64,000 bases of DNA from Anaeramoeba ignava BMAN (taxonomy: Eukaryota; Protista; Anaeramoebae), in contig JAPDFW010000070.1 in assembly GCA_028826165.1 (NCBI GenBank), forward strand, positions 248,001-312,000. The letters are read 5' to 3'. Position numbers and translations under genes: made by a program. The first letter of the stretch is position 1. Every line of letters begins with the position of its first letter. The notes beneath the pieces were generated by a model that was not told where the DNA came from, did no database searches, and saw nothing but the letters and a program-made list of their open reading frames with translations. Positions 1 through 11,860 of the stretch are shown in pieces.

Positions 1-83
1 TTAACATGAAAATTTCAAAAAATTGGTTTAAAAATTTTATTTAACATGAAAATTTCAAAAAATTTCATTTAAAAATAAAAAAG

Positions 84-859
84 CTTCTGATAAATCACTA
101 TTTAGATCAAGTTCACTTTCAGCAAAAGTGTTAGGAATTTATTCCCATCTAATTGGAGACGAATTTTTAATATCCACAATCAGTTCAACAATAAACACAG
201 CATCAAAAGTAAAATCATATCTTGAACTTGATCCAGAAAAAGTTGGGAAAGATCAAGCAGATCGAAATCGAAGCGCAGCAATGTTAATAGCAAATGAAGT
301 TATCGGCAAAATCATGATTTCAGTTCGAGAGATGCCGTTACAATTTTTTCAAATTTGTCGAGCAATTCACAAAACAGTTCGTAGAATTTTCCCATCATCT
401 TCATCATCCGCAATCAATAGCTTTATTTTCTTGCGGTTCTTTGTACCAGCTATTGCTTCACCTGAAGCTTTTGGAATTGTGAAGGAAAGTGAAATCACAG
501 TTACAATTCGACGTAATTTAGTTCTTGTTTCCAAAATAATCCAAAATATCGCAAATCAAATTGAAGGAATGATTGGTGCTCAAGCTTGTTTGAATAATTT
601 TATTGCGCAAAGTTCTGTTCGTGTTGTCAAATTATATAAACAATTTGTTAAGATTCCTGAAGGCAAAAAAGATTTGTGGAGTTTTCAACATAAACCAGTT
701 TCTCAAGAAGAAATTGACAATTCAATTGAAGTTGTTCAAAATTATGTTAAATCTCATTTTGATGATTTGAAGGATGTTTTGCTTCATTTTAATACAAGAA
801 AATATATGACTCCTTATATTTTGGATTTCATTGAAAATCTCATTAATTTAAATATTTAA
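84..859 (+). CDS. RasGAP-domain protein, last exon (gene begins upstream of the window)
   Basis: After the acceptor AG at 82-83 the frame reads SDKSLFRSSSLSAKVLG (arginine-finger region), FIFLRFFVPAIASPE and RRNLVLVSKIIQNIANQ, all RasGAP signatures. Confidence 0.9.
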
Positions 860-1057
860 AAATCATTTCTCCATTTATTCTCATCATTCAATTTAATTAT
901 TCAACTGACTTATCAATTCATTCATTTTAGATTTGTTTTTTTTCCCTTTTTTTAATTTGATTCAAAAACAAAATCCAAAAAAAAAAAAACAATCTAAAAA
1001 AAAAAATTAAAATCAAAATTCATTTTTTTCATTTTTTCATTTTTTTTCTTTTCAAAA

Positions 1058-2818
1058 ATGAATGAAATTATATTTTTTGGAAGAAATCAAAATCCAATTA
1101 TAAGAAACGAAAAAATAAAAATAACAAAACCAATTCAATTTAAATTTGAAAATGAAAATGAAAATGAAAATGAAAAACAAATTAAACAAATTTCTTCAGG
1201 AAGTTATTCAACAATTTTCCTTTTTAAAAATGGAAAAGCAATAGAATATTTCAAGATATTCAAATCAAAATCCTGAAAAATCCAAATTGAAAATATTCAA
1301 AAAGTATCTGTTGGTGGCAGAAATGAAGCTATTTTAACATTAGAAGGAAATGTATTTGCTAAAGGAGATGATATTAATCCAGAAAATCCAAAAGAATTTA
1401 TCAATATTTCATCATTAATTGAAGATAAAAATGATAGAATAATTGAAGATATTGTTTCTGGATACGATTCAATTTACTTATTAACTTTAAATCAAAATGC
1501 TTATGGAATTGGTTCAAATTATTCTTGTCAACTTGGTTTTGATTCCAATGTACTTAAAAAAACAGAAAAACCAATTTTAATGATGAAAAATGTTTCTAAA
1601 ATATTTTCAGGAAATTTTTCAGATTATGTTTTTCTTTTAAATTCAAATCAAGAATTATTTGGATGCGGATATAATATATATGGACAACTTGGATTAGGAG
1701 AATCAATAAATGAAATAACAATCAATAAATTAACCAAAATAAAAAATATTCCAAAAGGCAAAATAATTGATATTCAATGTGGAAATTTTCATTCAATAAT
1801 GTTGATTGAAGATGAAGATAAAAATCCAAAAAGAAAACTTTATTCAACAGGATATTCTTCAAAAAATGGTCTTGGTAAAGAATTTAGAGATACTTGTGAA
1901 TTTACTGAAATCAAATCATCTTTATTTGAAAATGATGATAATATTCTTGATTTTTCTGTTGGAAGATCTCATACTTTGATTTTAACATCCAATTCAAAAT
2001 TAATAGGATTTGGAAGTAATTATTATGGACAATTAGGAACTGAAGATACAAAAGATCATTTATTTCCAATTCAAATTGAACTTCCTAAATTAAGATTTAA
2101 TGATGATATTTTCAATTATCATCTTTCTTGTGGAGAATTCAAATCATTTCTTTATTATTTACCTCTTTCTTTTTCCAATCTTGAAGAAGATTTGATAAAA
2201 TTATTTGAAAGAAAAGAATTTTGTGATATTTCATTTAAAACCGAAAATGGAGAAATAATTGAAGCTCATAAATTAATATTGAAATATAGATTAAATCAAA
2301 ATCAAAATGAAATTGAAAAACTTCAAGAAATTATTTCAAAAAAATCAATTAAAGAATCAAATCAAATATTTGAAATGATTTATTCAAACAGAATAATAAA
2401 TCCAAAATTATATTCTGAAATTAAAGAAATTATAAATTCAAATGAAAAAATTGAAGAAACAATGAAAAGAATTTATTTAAATGAAAATGAAAATGAAAAA
2501 GATTTTATAATTGAAAGAAAAGAAAAACAATATAAATTTCCCAAATTAATATTAATAATGAGAAGTGAATTATATCGAGGAATGTTTTTATCTGTAACAA
2601 ATGATACTTCAAATAAAGTTACAGATTATAGTGAATTAAGTAATAAATCATTTCAAATATTTGAATATTGGATTTATTCAAATCAAATTAAAAATGAAAT
2701 TCAAATTACACAAGAAATAATTGATGAAATTAAAATTGGAATTGATTATTTTCAATTAAATCAAACAAATCCAAATTTATTTGATTTATTAACTAACAAA
2801 TTTAATAATCAAAATTAA
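1058..2818 (+). pseudogene. RCC1-repeat + BTB protein, copy 1 (one in-frame TGA; pseudogene or consensus error)
   Basis: ORFs 1058 and 1580 are in the same frame. A +1/-1 indel pair relative to copy 2 around 1250-1280 creates TGA at 1274-1276. RCC1 motifs are GYNIYGQLG, CGNFHS and GSNYYGQLG; the BTB part reads FCDISF...AHKLILKYR and ILIMRSELYRGMF. Confidence 0.8.
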
Positions 2819-2939
2819 AATTAAAATTCAAATTCAAATCAAAATCAAATTCAAAAAAAGAAAAATTGTTTAATTTTTTAATAAGAAATAATAACCAAAT
2901 TAAAATCAAGAAGAAAACGAAGAAGAAAGTTTATTTTGA

Positions 2940-3160
2940 TTTAAATTTTAATTTTAATTTTAATTTTAATTTTAATTTTAAATTTAATTTTAATTTTAAT
3001 TTTAATTTTAATTTTAATTTTAATTTTAATTTTAATTTTAATTTTAATTTTAATTTTAAATTTTAATTTTAATTTTAATTTTAATTTTAATTTTAATTTT
3101 AATTTTAATTTTAATTTTAATTTTAATTTTAATTTTAATTTTAATTTTAATTTTAATTTT
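2940..3160. repeat. (TTTTAA)n microsatellite between convergent RCC1-BTB copies
   Basis: Near-perfect hexamer run directly visible. Confidence 0.95.
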
Positions 3161-4894
3161 AATTTTGATTATTAAATTTTTTAATTAATAAATCAAATAA
3201 ATTTGGATTTGTTTGATTTAATTGAAAATAATCAATTCCTGTTTCTAATTCTTCAATTATTTCTTGTGTAATTTCAATTTCATTTTTAATTTGATTTGAA
3301 TAAATCCAATATTCAAATATTTGAAATGATTTATTACTTAATTCACTATAATCTGTAACTTTATTAGATTTATCTTCAGTTACAGATAAAAACATTCCTC
3401 GATATAATTCACTTCTCATTATTAATATTAATTTGGGAAATTTATATTGTTTTTCTTTTCTTTCAATTATAAAATCTTTTTCATTTTCATTTAAATAAAT
3501 TCTTTTCATTGTTTCTTCAATTTTTTCATTTGAATTTATAATTTCTTTAATTTCAGAATATAATTTTGGATTTATTATTCTGTTTGAATAAATCATTTCA
3601 AATATTTGATTTGATTCTTTAATTGATTTTTGAAATAATTTCTTGAAGTTTTTCAATTTGATTTTGATTTTGATTTAATCTATATTTCAATATTAATTTA
3701 TGAGCTTCAATTATTTCTCCATTTTCGGTTTTAAATGAAATATCACAAAATTCTTTTCTTCTAAATAATTTTATCAAATCTTCTTCAAGATTGGAAAGAG
3801 AAGGAGAATAATAAATAAATGAACTGTGAGCACCACAAGAAATATGATAATTGAAAATATCATCATTAAATCTTAATTTAGGAAGTTCAATTTGAATTGG
3901 AATTAATTGATTATTTGTATCTCCAGTTCCTAATTGTCCATAATAATTACTTCCAAATACGATTAATTTTCCCTTTTGGAAGTTAAAACCAAAGTATGAA
4001 CATTTCCAACACAAAAATCAAGAATATTATTATCATTTTCAAATAAAGATGATTTGATTTCAGTAAATTCACAAGTTGATCTATTTCTTTTATCAAGTCC
4101 ATTATATTCCCAATATCCACATGAATAAAGTTTTCTTTTTGGATTTTGATTTTCATTTTCAATCAACATTATCGAATGACCATATCCATATTGAATATCA
4201 ATTATTTTGCCTTTTGGAATATTTTGGATTTTGGTTAATTTTTGGATTTTTGTTTCTTTCTTGATTCTCCTAATCCAAGTTGACCATGTTCATTATATCC
4301 GCATCCAAATAATTCTTGATTTGAATTTAAAAGAAAAACATATTTTGAAGAATTTCCTGAAAATATTTTAGAAACATTTTTCATCATTAAAATTGGTTTT
4401 TCTGTTTTTGAAAGTACATTGGAATCAAAACCAAGTTGACTATAACCATTTGAACCAATTCCATAAGCATTTTGATTTGAAGTTAATAAATAAATTGAAG
4501 TAAATCCAGAAACAACATCTTCAATTATTCTATCATTTGTATCTTCAATTAATGATGAAATATTGATAAATTCTTTTGGATTTTCTGGATTAATATCATC
4601 TCCTTTGGCAAATACATTTCCTTCTTTTGTTAAAATAGCTTCATTTGAAACCAACAGATACTTTTTGAATATTTTCAATTTGGATTTTTTCAGGATTTTG
4701 ATTTGAATCTCTTAAATATTCTATTGCTTTTCCATTTTTAAAAAGGAAAATTGTTGAAAATAACTTGATGAAATTTGTTTAATTTGTTTTTCATTTTCAT
4801 TTTCATTTTCATTTTCATTTTCATTTTCAAATTTAAATTGAATTGGTTTTGTTATTTTTGGTTCATTTTTGATTAAAAATAAACAATCATTCAT
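3159..4894 (-). pseudogene. RCC1-BTB copy 2, several frameshifts
   Basis: ATG at 4894 (MNDCLF). ORF fragments 4235-4678, 3963-4169, 3619-4014 and 3159-3656 are collinear with intact copy 5. Confidence 0.8.
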
Positions 4895-4961
4895 TTTTGA
4901 AAAGAAAAATGAAAAAATGAAAAACGTTTTTTTGGATTTTAATTTTAATTTTGATTTTAAT

Positions 4962-6695
4962 TTAAAAAATTAAACATTTTTCTTTTTGTTTTGTTGGGTT
5001 TTGATTATTAAATTGTTTAATTAATAAATCAAATAAATTTGGATTTGTTTGATTTAATTGAAAATAATCAATTCCAATTTGAATTTCATCAATTATTTCT
5101 TGTGTAATTTCAATTTCTTCTTTAATTTGATTTGAATAAATCCAATATTCAAATATTTGAAATGATTTATTACTTAATTCACTATAATCTGTAACTTTAT
5201 TTGATTTATCTTCAGTTACAGATAAAAACATTCCTCGATATAATTCACTTCTCATTATTAATATTAATTTTGGAAATTTATATTGTTTTTCTTTTCTTTC
5301 AATTATAAAATCTTTTTCATTTTCATTTTCATTTTCATTTAAATAAATTCTTTTCATTGTTTCTTCAATTTTTTCATTTGAATTTATAATTTCTTTAATT
5401 TCAGAATATAATTTTGGATTTATTATTCTGTTTGAATAAATCATTTCAAATATTTGATTTGATTCTTTAATTGATTTTTTTGAAATAATTTCTTGAAGTT
5501 TTTCAATTTCATTTTGATTTTGATTTAATCTATATTTCAATATTAATTTATGAGCTTCAATTATTTCTCCATTTTCGGTTTTAAATGAAATATCACAAAA
5601 TTCTTTTCTTCTAAATAGTTTTATCAAATCTTCTTCAAGATTGGAAAAAGAAGGAGAATAATAAAGAAATGAACTCCAAGCTCCACAAGAAATATGATAA
5701 TTGAAAATATCTTCATTAAATCTTAATTTAGGAAGTTCAATTTGAATTGGAGAATATTGATATTCTTTACTCGTTTTAGTTCCTAATCCGATCATCTTTC
5801 CTTTTTCTGTTAAAATCAAAGTATGATTTCAACAGAAAAATCAAGAATATTATCATCATTTTCAAATAAAGATGATTTGATTTCAGTAAATTCATGAGTA
5901 AGTTTTCTTTTTGGATTTTGATTTTCATTTTCAATCAACATTATTGAAAAAGCCCATCCACATTGAATATCAATTATTTTGCCTTTTGGAATATTTTGGA
6001 TTTTGGTTAATTTTTTGATTTTCTTTTCATTTCTTTCTGATTTTCCTAATCCAAGTTGTCCATATTCATTATCACCAGATACAAATAATTCTTGATTTGA
6101 ATTTAAAAGAAAAACAAATTGAGAAGAATTTCCTGAAAATATTTTAGAAACATTTTTCATCATTAAAATTGGTTTTTCTGTTTTTTTAAGTACATTGGAA
6201 TCAAAACCAAGTTGGTCGTAATAATTTGAACCAATTCCATAAGCATTTTGATTTGAAGTTAATAAGTAAATTGTACTTCTTCCAGAAACAACATCTTTAA
6301 TTATTCTATCATTTGTATCTTCAATTAATGATGAAATATTGATAAATTCTTTTGGATTATTTGGATTAATATCATCTCCTTTGGCAAATACATTTCCTTC
6401 TATTGTTAAAATAGCTCCAACTTCAGATCCACTCGAAAATACTTTTTGAATATTTTTAATTTGGATTTTTGCAGGATTTTGTTTTGAATCTTTTAAATAT
6501 TCTATTGCTTTTCCATTTTCAAAAAGGAAAATTATTGAAGTTTCGCAAATTGCAATTTGTTTAATTTGTTTTTCATTTTCATTTTCATTTTCATTTTCAT
6601 TTTCATTTTCAAATTTAAATTGAATTGGTTTTGTTATTTTATTATCTGTTTCGTTTTTGAAAACTAAATGGAATTCATTTCTTCCGAAAAATAAT
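4962..6695 (-). pseudogene. RCC1-BTB copy 3, start codon lost, internal deletions, CaaX tail
   Basis: Begins at LFFGRNEFHL fused to a microsatellite with no MNEI start. Deletions at KRKL^THEFTE and MIG^LGT, frameshift near 5820. Ends KEKCLIF. Confidence 0.85.
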
Positions 6696-6843
6696 TTTGA
6701 TTTTAATTTTTTAATTTTAATTTTAATTTTAATTTTAATTTTAATTTTGATTTTGATTTTAATTTTAATTTTAATTTTGATTTTAATTTTAATTTTGAAT
6801 TTTAATTTTGATTTTAATTTTAATTTTAATTTTAATTTTGATT

Positions 6844-8564
6844 TTAATTTTGATTATTAAATTTGTTAATTAATAAATCAAATAAATTTGGATTTGTTTG
6901 ATTTAATTGAAAATAATCAATTCCAATTTGAATTTCTTCAATAATTTCTTGTGTAATTTGAATTTCATTTTTAATTTGATTTGAATAAATCCAATATTCA
7001 AATATTTGAAATGATTTATTACTTAATTCACTATAATCTGTAACTTTATTAGATTTATCTTCAGTTACAGATAAAAACATTCCTCGATATAATTCACTTC
7101 TCATTATTAATATTAATTTTGGAAATTTATATTGTTTTTCTTTTCTTTCAATTATAAAATCTTTTTCATTTTCATTTAAATAAATTCTTTTAATTGTTTC
7201 TTCAATTTTTTCATTTGAATTTATAATTTCTTTAATTTCAGAATATAATTTTGGATTTATTATTCTGTTTGAATAAATCATTTCAAATATTTGATTTGAT
7301 TCTTTAATTGATTTTTGAAATAATTTCTTGAAGTTTTTCAATTTCATTTTGATTTTGATTTAATCTATATTTCAATATTAATTTATGAGCTTCAATTATT
7401 TCTCCATTTTCGGTTTTAAATGAAATATCACAAAATTCTTTTCTTCTAAATAATTTTATCAAATCTTCTTCAAGATTGGAAAAAGAAAGGAGAATAATAA
7501 AGAAATGAACTCCAAGCTCCACAAGAAACATGATAATTGAAAATATCATCATTAAATCTTAATTTAGGAAGTTCAATTTGAATTGGAGAATATTGACATT
7601 CTATATTTCCATCCGATCATCTTTCCTTTGGAAGTTAAAACCAAAGTATGAACATTTCCAACAGAAAAATCAAGAATATTATCATCATTTTCAAATAAAG
7701 ATGATTTGATTTCAGTAAATTCATGAGTTGGTTTATTTCTTTTATCAAGTCCATTATATTCATAAGCTCCACATGAATAAAGTTTTCTTTTTGGATTTTC
7801 ATTTTGATTTTCATTTTCAATTTCATTTTCAATCAATATTATTGAAAAAGCCCATCCACATTGAATATCAATTATTTTGCCTTTTGGAATATTTTGGATT
7901 TTGGTTAATTTTTTGATTTTCTTTTCATTTCTTTCTGATTCTCCTAATCCAAGTTGACCATATTCATTATCACCAGATACAAATAATTCTTGATTTGAAT
8001 TTAAAAGAAAAACAAATTGAGAAGAATTTCCTGAAAATATTTTAGAAACATTTTTCATCATGAGAACTGGTTTTTCTGTTTTTTCAAGTGTTTTATAATC
8101 AAAACCAAGTTGGTCGTAATAATTTGAACCAATTCCATAAGCATTTTGATTTGAAGTTAATAAGTAAATTGTACTTCTTCAATTAATGATGAAATATTGA
8201 TAAATTCTTTTGGATTTTCTGGATTAATCTCTTTTCCTTTGGCAAATACATTTCCTTCTATTGTTAAAATAGCTTCAACTTCAGATCCACTTGAAAATAC
8301 TTTTTGAATATTTTTAATTTGGATTTTTGAAGGATTTTGTTTTGAATCTTTTTGATATTCTATTGCTTTTCCATTTTCAAAAAGGAAAATTATTGAAGTT
8401 TCGCATATTGCAATTTGTTTAATTTGTTTTTCATTTTCATTTTCATTTTCATTTTCATTTTCATTTTCAAATTTAAATTGAATTGGTTTTGTTATTTTAT
8501 TATCTGTTTGGTTTTTGAAAACTAAATGGAATTCATTTCTTCCAAAAAATAAAATTTCATTCAT
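6844..8564 (-). pseudogene. RCC1-BTB copy 4, frameshifting deletions
   Basis: MNEILFFGRNEF start. Deletion at ISSLIE^EVQF (near 8177), deletion after KMIG (near 7611), further frameshifts near 7490 and 7312. Confidence 0.85.
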
Positions 8565-8639
8565 TTTTGAAAAGAAAAAAATGAAAAAAATGTTTTTGGA
8601 TTTTTAATTTTAATTTTAGTTTTGGTTTTGATGAATAAA

Positions 8640-8700
8640 TAAAATAAATTTGGATTTGTTTGATTTAAGTTGAAAATAATCAATTCCTATTTTGGTTTCA
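8640..8700 (-). pseudogene. Remnant of the 3' end of a sixth RCC1-BTB copy
   Basis: Minus strand reads ETKIGIDYFQL followed by frameshifted QTNPNLF-like sequence, matching the family C-terminus. Confidence 0.65.
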
Positions 8701-8715
8701 TTAATAAATTTTAAT

Positions 8716-10518
8716 TTAAAAAATTAAACATTTTTCTTTTTGTTTTGTTGGGTTTTGATTATTAAATTTGTTAATTAACAAATCCAATAAATTTATATTT
8801 GTTTGATTTAATTGAAAATAATCAATTCCTCTTTCTAGTTCTTCGATTATTCTTTGTGTAAATTGAATTGGCTCTTTAATTTGATTTGAATAAATCCAAT
8901 ATTCTAATATTTCAAATGATTCATTACTCAATTCACTATAATCTGTAACTTTATTAGAAGTATCATTTATAACAGATAAAAACATTCCTCGATATAATTC
9001 ACTTCTCATTATTAATATTAATTTTGGAAATTTAATTTTCTTTTGATTTCTTTCAATTATAAAATCTTTTTCATTTTCATTTTCATTTTCATTTAAATAA
9101 ATTCTTTTCATTGTTTCTTCAATTTTTTCATTAGAATTTATAATTTCTTTAATTTCAGAATATAATTTTGGATTTATTATTCTGTTTGAATAAATCATTT
9201 CAAATATTTGATTAGATTCTTTAATTGATTTTTTTGAAATAATTTCTTGAAGTTTTTCAATTTGATTTTGATTTTGATTTAATCTATATTTCAATATTAA
9301 TTTATGAGCTTCAATTATTTCTCCATTTTTGGTTTTAAATGAAATATCACAAAATTCTTTTCTTCTAAATAATTTTATCAAATCTTCTTCAAGATTGGAA
9401 AAAGGAGGAGGTAAATAATAAATAAATGAACACCAAGCACCACAAGAAACATGATAATTGAAAATATCATCATTAAATCTTAATTTAGGAAGTTTAATTT
9501 GAATTGGAGAATATTGACATTCTGTATTTTCAAGAGATAATTGTGACCAATAATTATGACCAAATCCGATCATCTTTCCTTTTTCTGTTAAAACCAAAGT
9601 ATGAACATTTCCAACAGAAAAATCAAGAATATCATCATCATTTTCAAATAAAGATGATTTGATTTCAGTAAATTTATGAGTTGGTTTATCTCTTTTGCCA
9701 AGTCCATTTAATTCATAAGCACCACATGAATAAAGTTTTCTTTTTGGATTTTCATTTTGATTTTCATTTTCAATCAACATTATTGAAAAAGCCCATCCAC
9801 ACTTGATATCAATTATTTTGCCTTTTGGGATATTTTGGATTTTGGTTAATTTTTTGATCTTTGTTCGTGTTATTGATTTCCCTAATCCAAGTTGAGCATG
9901 ATTATTCCAACCGCATCCAAATAATTCTTGATTTGAATTCAAAAGAAAAACAAATTGAGAAGTATTTCCTGAAAATATCTTAGAAACATTTTTCATCATG
10001 AGAACTGGCTTTTCTGCTTTATCAAGTATATTAGGATCTAAACCAAGTTGACCATATATATTTGAACCAATTCCATAAACATTTCCTTTTGAAGTTAATA
10101 AGTAAATTGAATGTGCCCCCGAAATAATATCTTTAATTACTCTATCACTTTTATCTTCAATTAATGACGAGATATTAATAGCTTCATTTGGATTTTCTGG
10201 ATTGATATCGTATCCTTTTGCAAATGTATCTCCTTCTTTTGTTAAAATAGCTTCGTTGGAATAACCAACAGTTACTTTTTGAATATTTTCAATTTGGATT
10301 TTTGAAGGATTTTGTTTTGAATCTCTTAAGTATTCAACTGCTTTGCCATTTTTGAAAAGAAAAATTGTTCCAAAATTTCCTATTGAAATTTCTTTCATTT
10401 GCTTTTCATTTTGACTAGGATTTTCAAATTTAAATTGAATTGGTTTTCTTATTAAATTTGGTTCATCTTTTAAGAATTTAGGAGTTTGATTTGAACCAAA
10501 AAATAAGCAATCATTCAT
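8716..10518 (-). CDS. RCC1-repeat + BTB protein, intact copy 5 (600 aa, C-terminal CaaX CLIF)
   Basis: Uninterrupted intronless ORF with RCC1 repeats (GSNIYGQLG, GWNNHAQLG, CGWAFS, VGNVHT), a BTB-like C-terminal half and a KEKCLIF end. Confidence 0.92.
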   Translation of the reverse strand: MNDCLFFGSNQTPKFLKDEPNLIRKPIQFKFENPSQNEKQMKEISIGNFGTIFLFKNGKAVEYLRDSKQNPSKIQIENIQKVTVGYSNEAILTKEGDTFAKGYDINPENPNEAINISSLIEDKSDRVIKDIISGAHSIYLLTSKGNVYGIGSNIYGQLGLDPNILDKAEKPVLMMKNVSKIFSGNTSQFVFLLNSNQELFGCGWNNHAQLGLGKSITRTKIKKLTKIQNIPKGKIIDIKCGWAFSIMLIENENQNENPKRKLYSCGAYELNGLGKRDKPTHKFTEIKSSLFENDDDILDFSVGNVHTLVLTEKGKMIGFGHNYWSQLSLENTECQYSPIQIKLPKLRFNDDIFNYHVSCGAWCSFIYYLPPPFSNLEEDLIKLFRRKEFCDISFKTKNGEIIEAHKLILKYRLNQNQNQIEKLQEIISKKSIKESNQIFEMIYSNRIINPKLYSEIKEIINSNEKIEETMKRIYLNENENENEKDFIIERNQKKIKFPKLILIMRSELYRGMFLSVINDTSNKVTDYSELSNESFEILEYWIYSNQIKEPIQFTQRIIEELERGIDYFQLNQTNINLLDLLINKFNNQNPTKQKEKCLIF

Positions 10519-10690
10519 TTTTTAAAAAGATAAAAAAAAGATAAAAATGGCAAATACAAAAAGAAAATTATTTGATTTAAATTTTTTTTTTTCCAAATTT
10601 ATCAAAAAAAAAAAAAAAAGAAGAAGAAAAAAAAATCACAAACTAAAAAAAAAAGGAGAAAAAAAAAAAGAAGAAAAGATTATTTTTTTT

Positions 10691-11362
10691 TCAATTAAAT
10701 TTTTCTTTTTTATCTGACATTTTTTTTTTCCTTTTTTGTATAAATTTCCGTTCCAAAATCCAATCAGCAAGATCATTAGAACATTTTCCTTTACTAATTT
10801 CTGAGCTTTGTTGATCTCCTTTCAAACAATATTTAGTTAATCGTTTTGTTCTTTGAGAATTATTTCTGACGTTAGATTTTAAATAACGATAAATAATTGC
10901 TCCAAAAGAAGGATTTTCTCTTGAAACTATTTCTTTTTGATGAATTCCTGTCATTAAAAATTTTTCAACTACTTTTCTTTCTTTTTGTTTTTTTTCCTTT
11001 TCTTTTTCCATTTCATTTCCCAAATCTTTTCCAATTTCTTTTTCCAAATCTTTTATTAAATCCTTTTCGAATTCTTTTTCTAAATCTTTTTCAAATTCTT
11101 TTTCAAATTCTTTTTCAAATTCTTTTTCAATTCTTTTTTCTAAATTTTTATCATTTTTTTCCTCTTTTCCAAATTTTATTCTTTTAATTAATTGAAAATT
11201 TTCATTTTCTTTTAAATCTTCTTTTTGTTTAAAATTAGCAAATTCTGGACAAGAACAATTTTCAAAATTTAAATTTTTTTGATTTTCAAAAAGAATAATA
11301 TTTTCTTGTTTATTTGTTTCATTTGAAAAATCTTCAAATCCATAAAAATCCCACATTATCAT
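10691..11362 (-). CDS. Hypothetical protein (223 aa) with EKEF/EKDL repeats
   Basis: ATG-initiated ORF with non-repetitive N- and C-terminal parts, flanked by AT-only intergenic DNA. No family recognised. Confidence 0.6.
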   Translation of the reverse strand: MIMWDFYGFEDFSNETNKQENIILFENQKNLNFENCSCPEFANFKQKEDLKENENFQLIKRIKFGKEEKNDKNLEKRIEKEFEKEFEKEFEKDLEKEFEKDLIKDLEKEIGKDLGNEMEKEKEKKQKERKVVEKFLMTGIHQKEIVSRENPSFGAIIYRYLKSNVRNNSQRTKRLTKYCLKGDQQSSEISKGKCSNDLADWILERKFIQKRKKKMSDKKEKFN

Positions 11363-11860
11363 TAATAAACAATTAAATAAATAAATTAAAAAAAATTTAT
11401 AAAAATAAAAAATTTTTTAAATAAAAATTAAAATAAAATTTTAATTAATTTTTAAATAAAGAAAAAGGGTCTTAAAAAAATGAAAAAAATAAAAATTTTT
11501 GTAATTTTTTTTAATTAAAAATAATTAAATGGAAAACTTTTAGGGTCTTAAAAATTAATTGAAAAATTAATTGAAAATTTAATAAAAATTAATTTAAAAT
11601 TTAATTCATCAAAGTTTTTAAAAATGAGAAAATTGAAAATTTAAAAAAAAAAAAGAAAATTTTTCAAAATTCCTTTTTGACAATCATTTCTTTTGGATCA
11701 AACTTTTGAAGAAAGTTAGTTTGAAAATCTAATTAAAAAATTTAATTGAAAAATTGATTGAAAATTTTTTAGATTTTTGAAAAATTAAATAAAATTTAAA
11801 AAAAAATGAGAACTCAAAAAAAAAAGAAAAAGAAAAAAGAACTATTTTGTTTTAGTAAAA

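Noticed and set aside
1-65. 40-bp direct duplication (ttaacatgaaaatttcaaaaaatt)
   Set aside because: It is the tail of an intronic tandem repeat cut by the window edge and shows nothing beyond the general intron-satellite pattern.
1274-1276. In-frame TGA as stop-codon reassignment or selenocysteine
   Set aside because: Comparison with copy 2 shows it arises from a compensating +1/-1 indel pair. TGA is used as a normal stop elsewhere, for example at 54239-54241.
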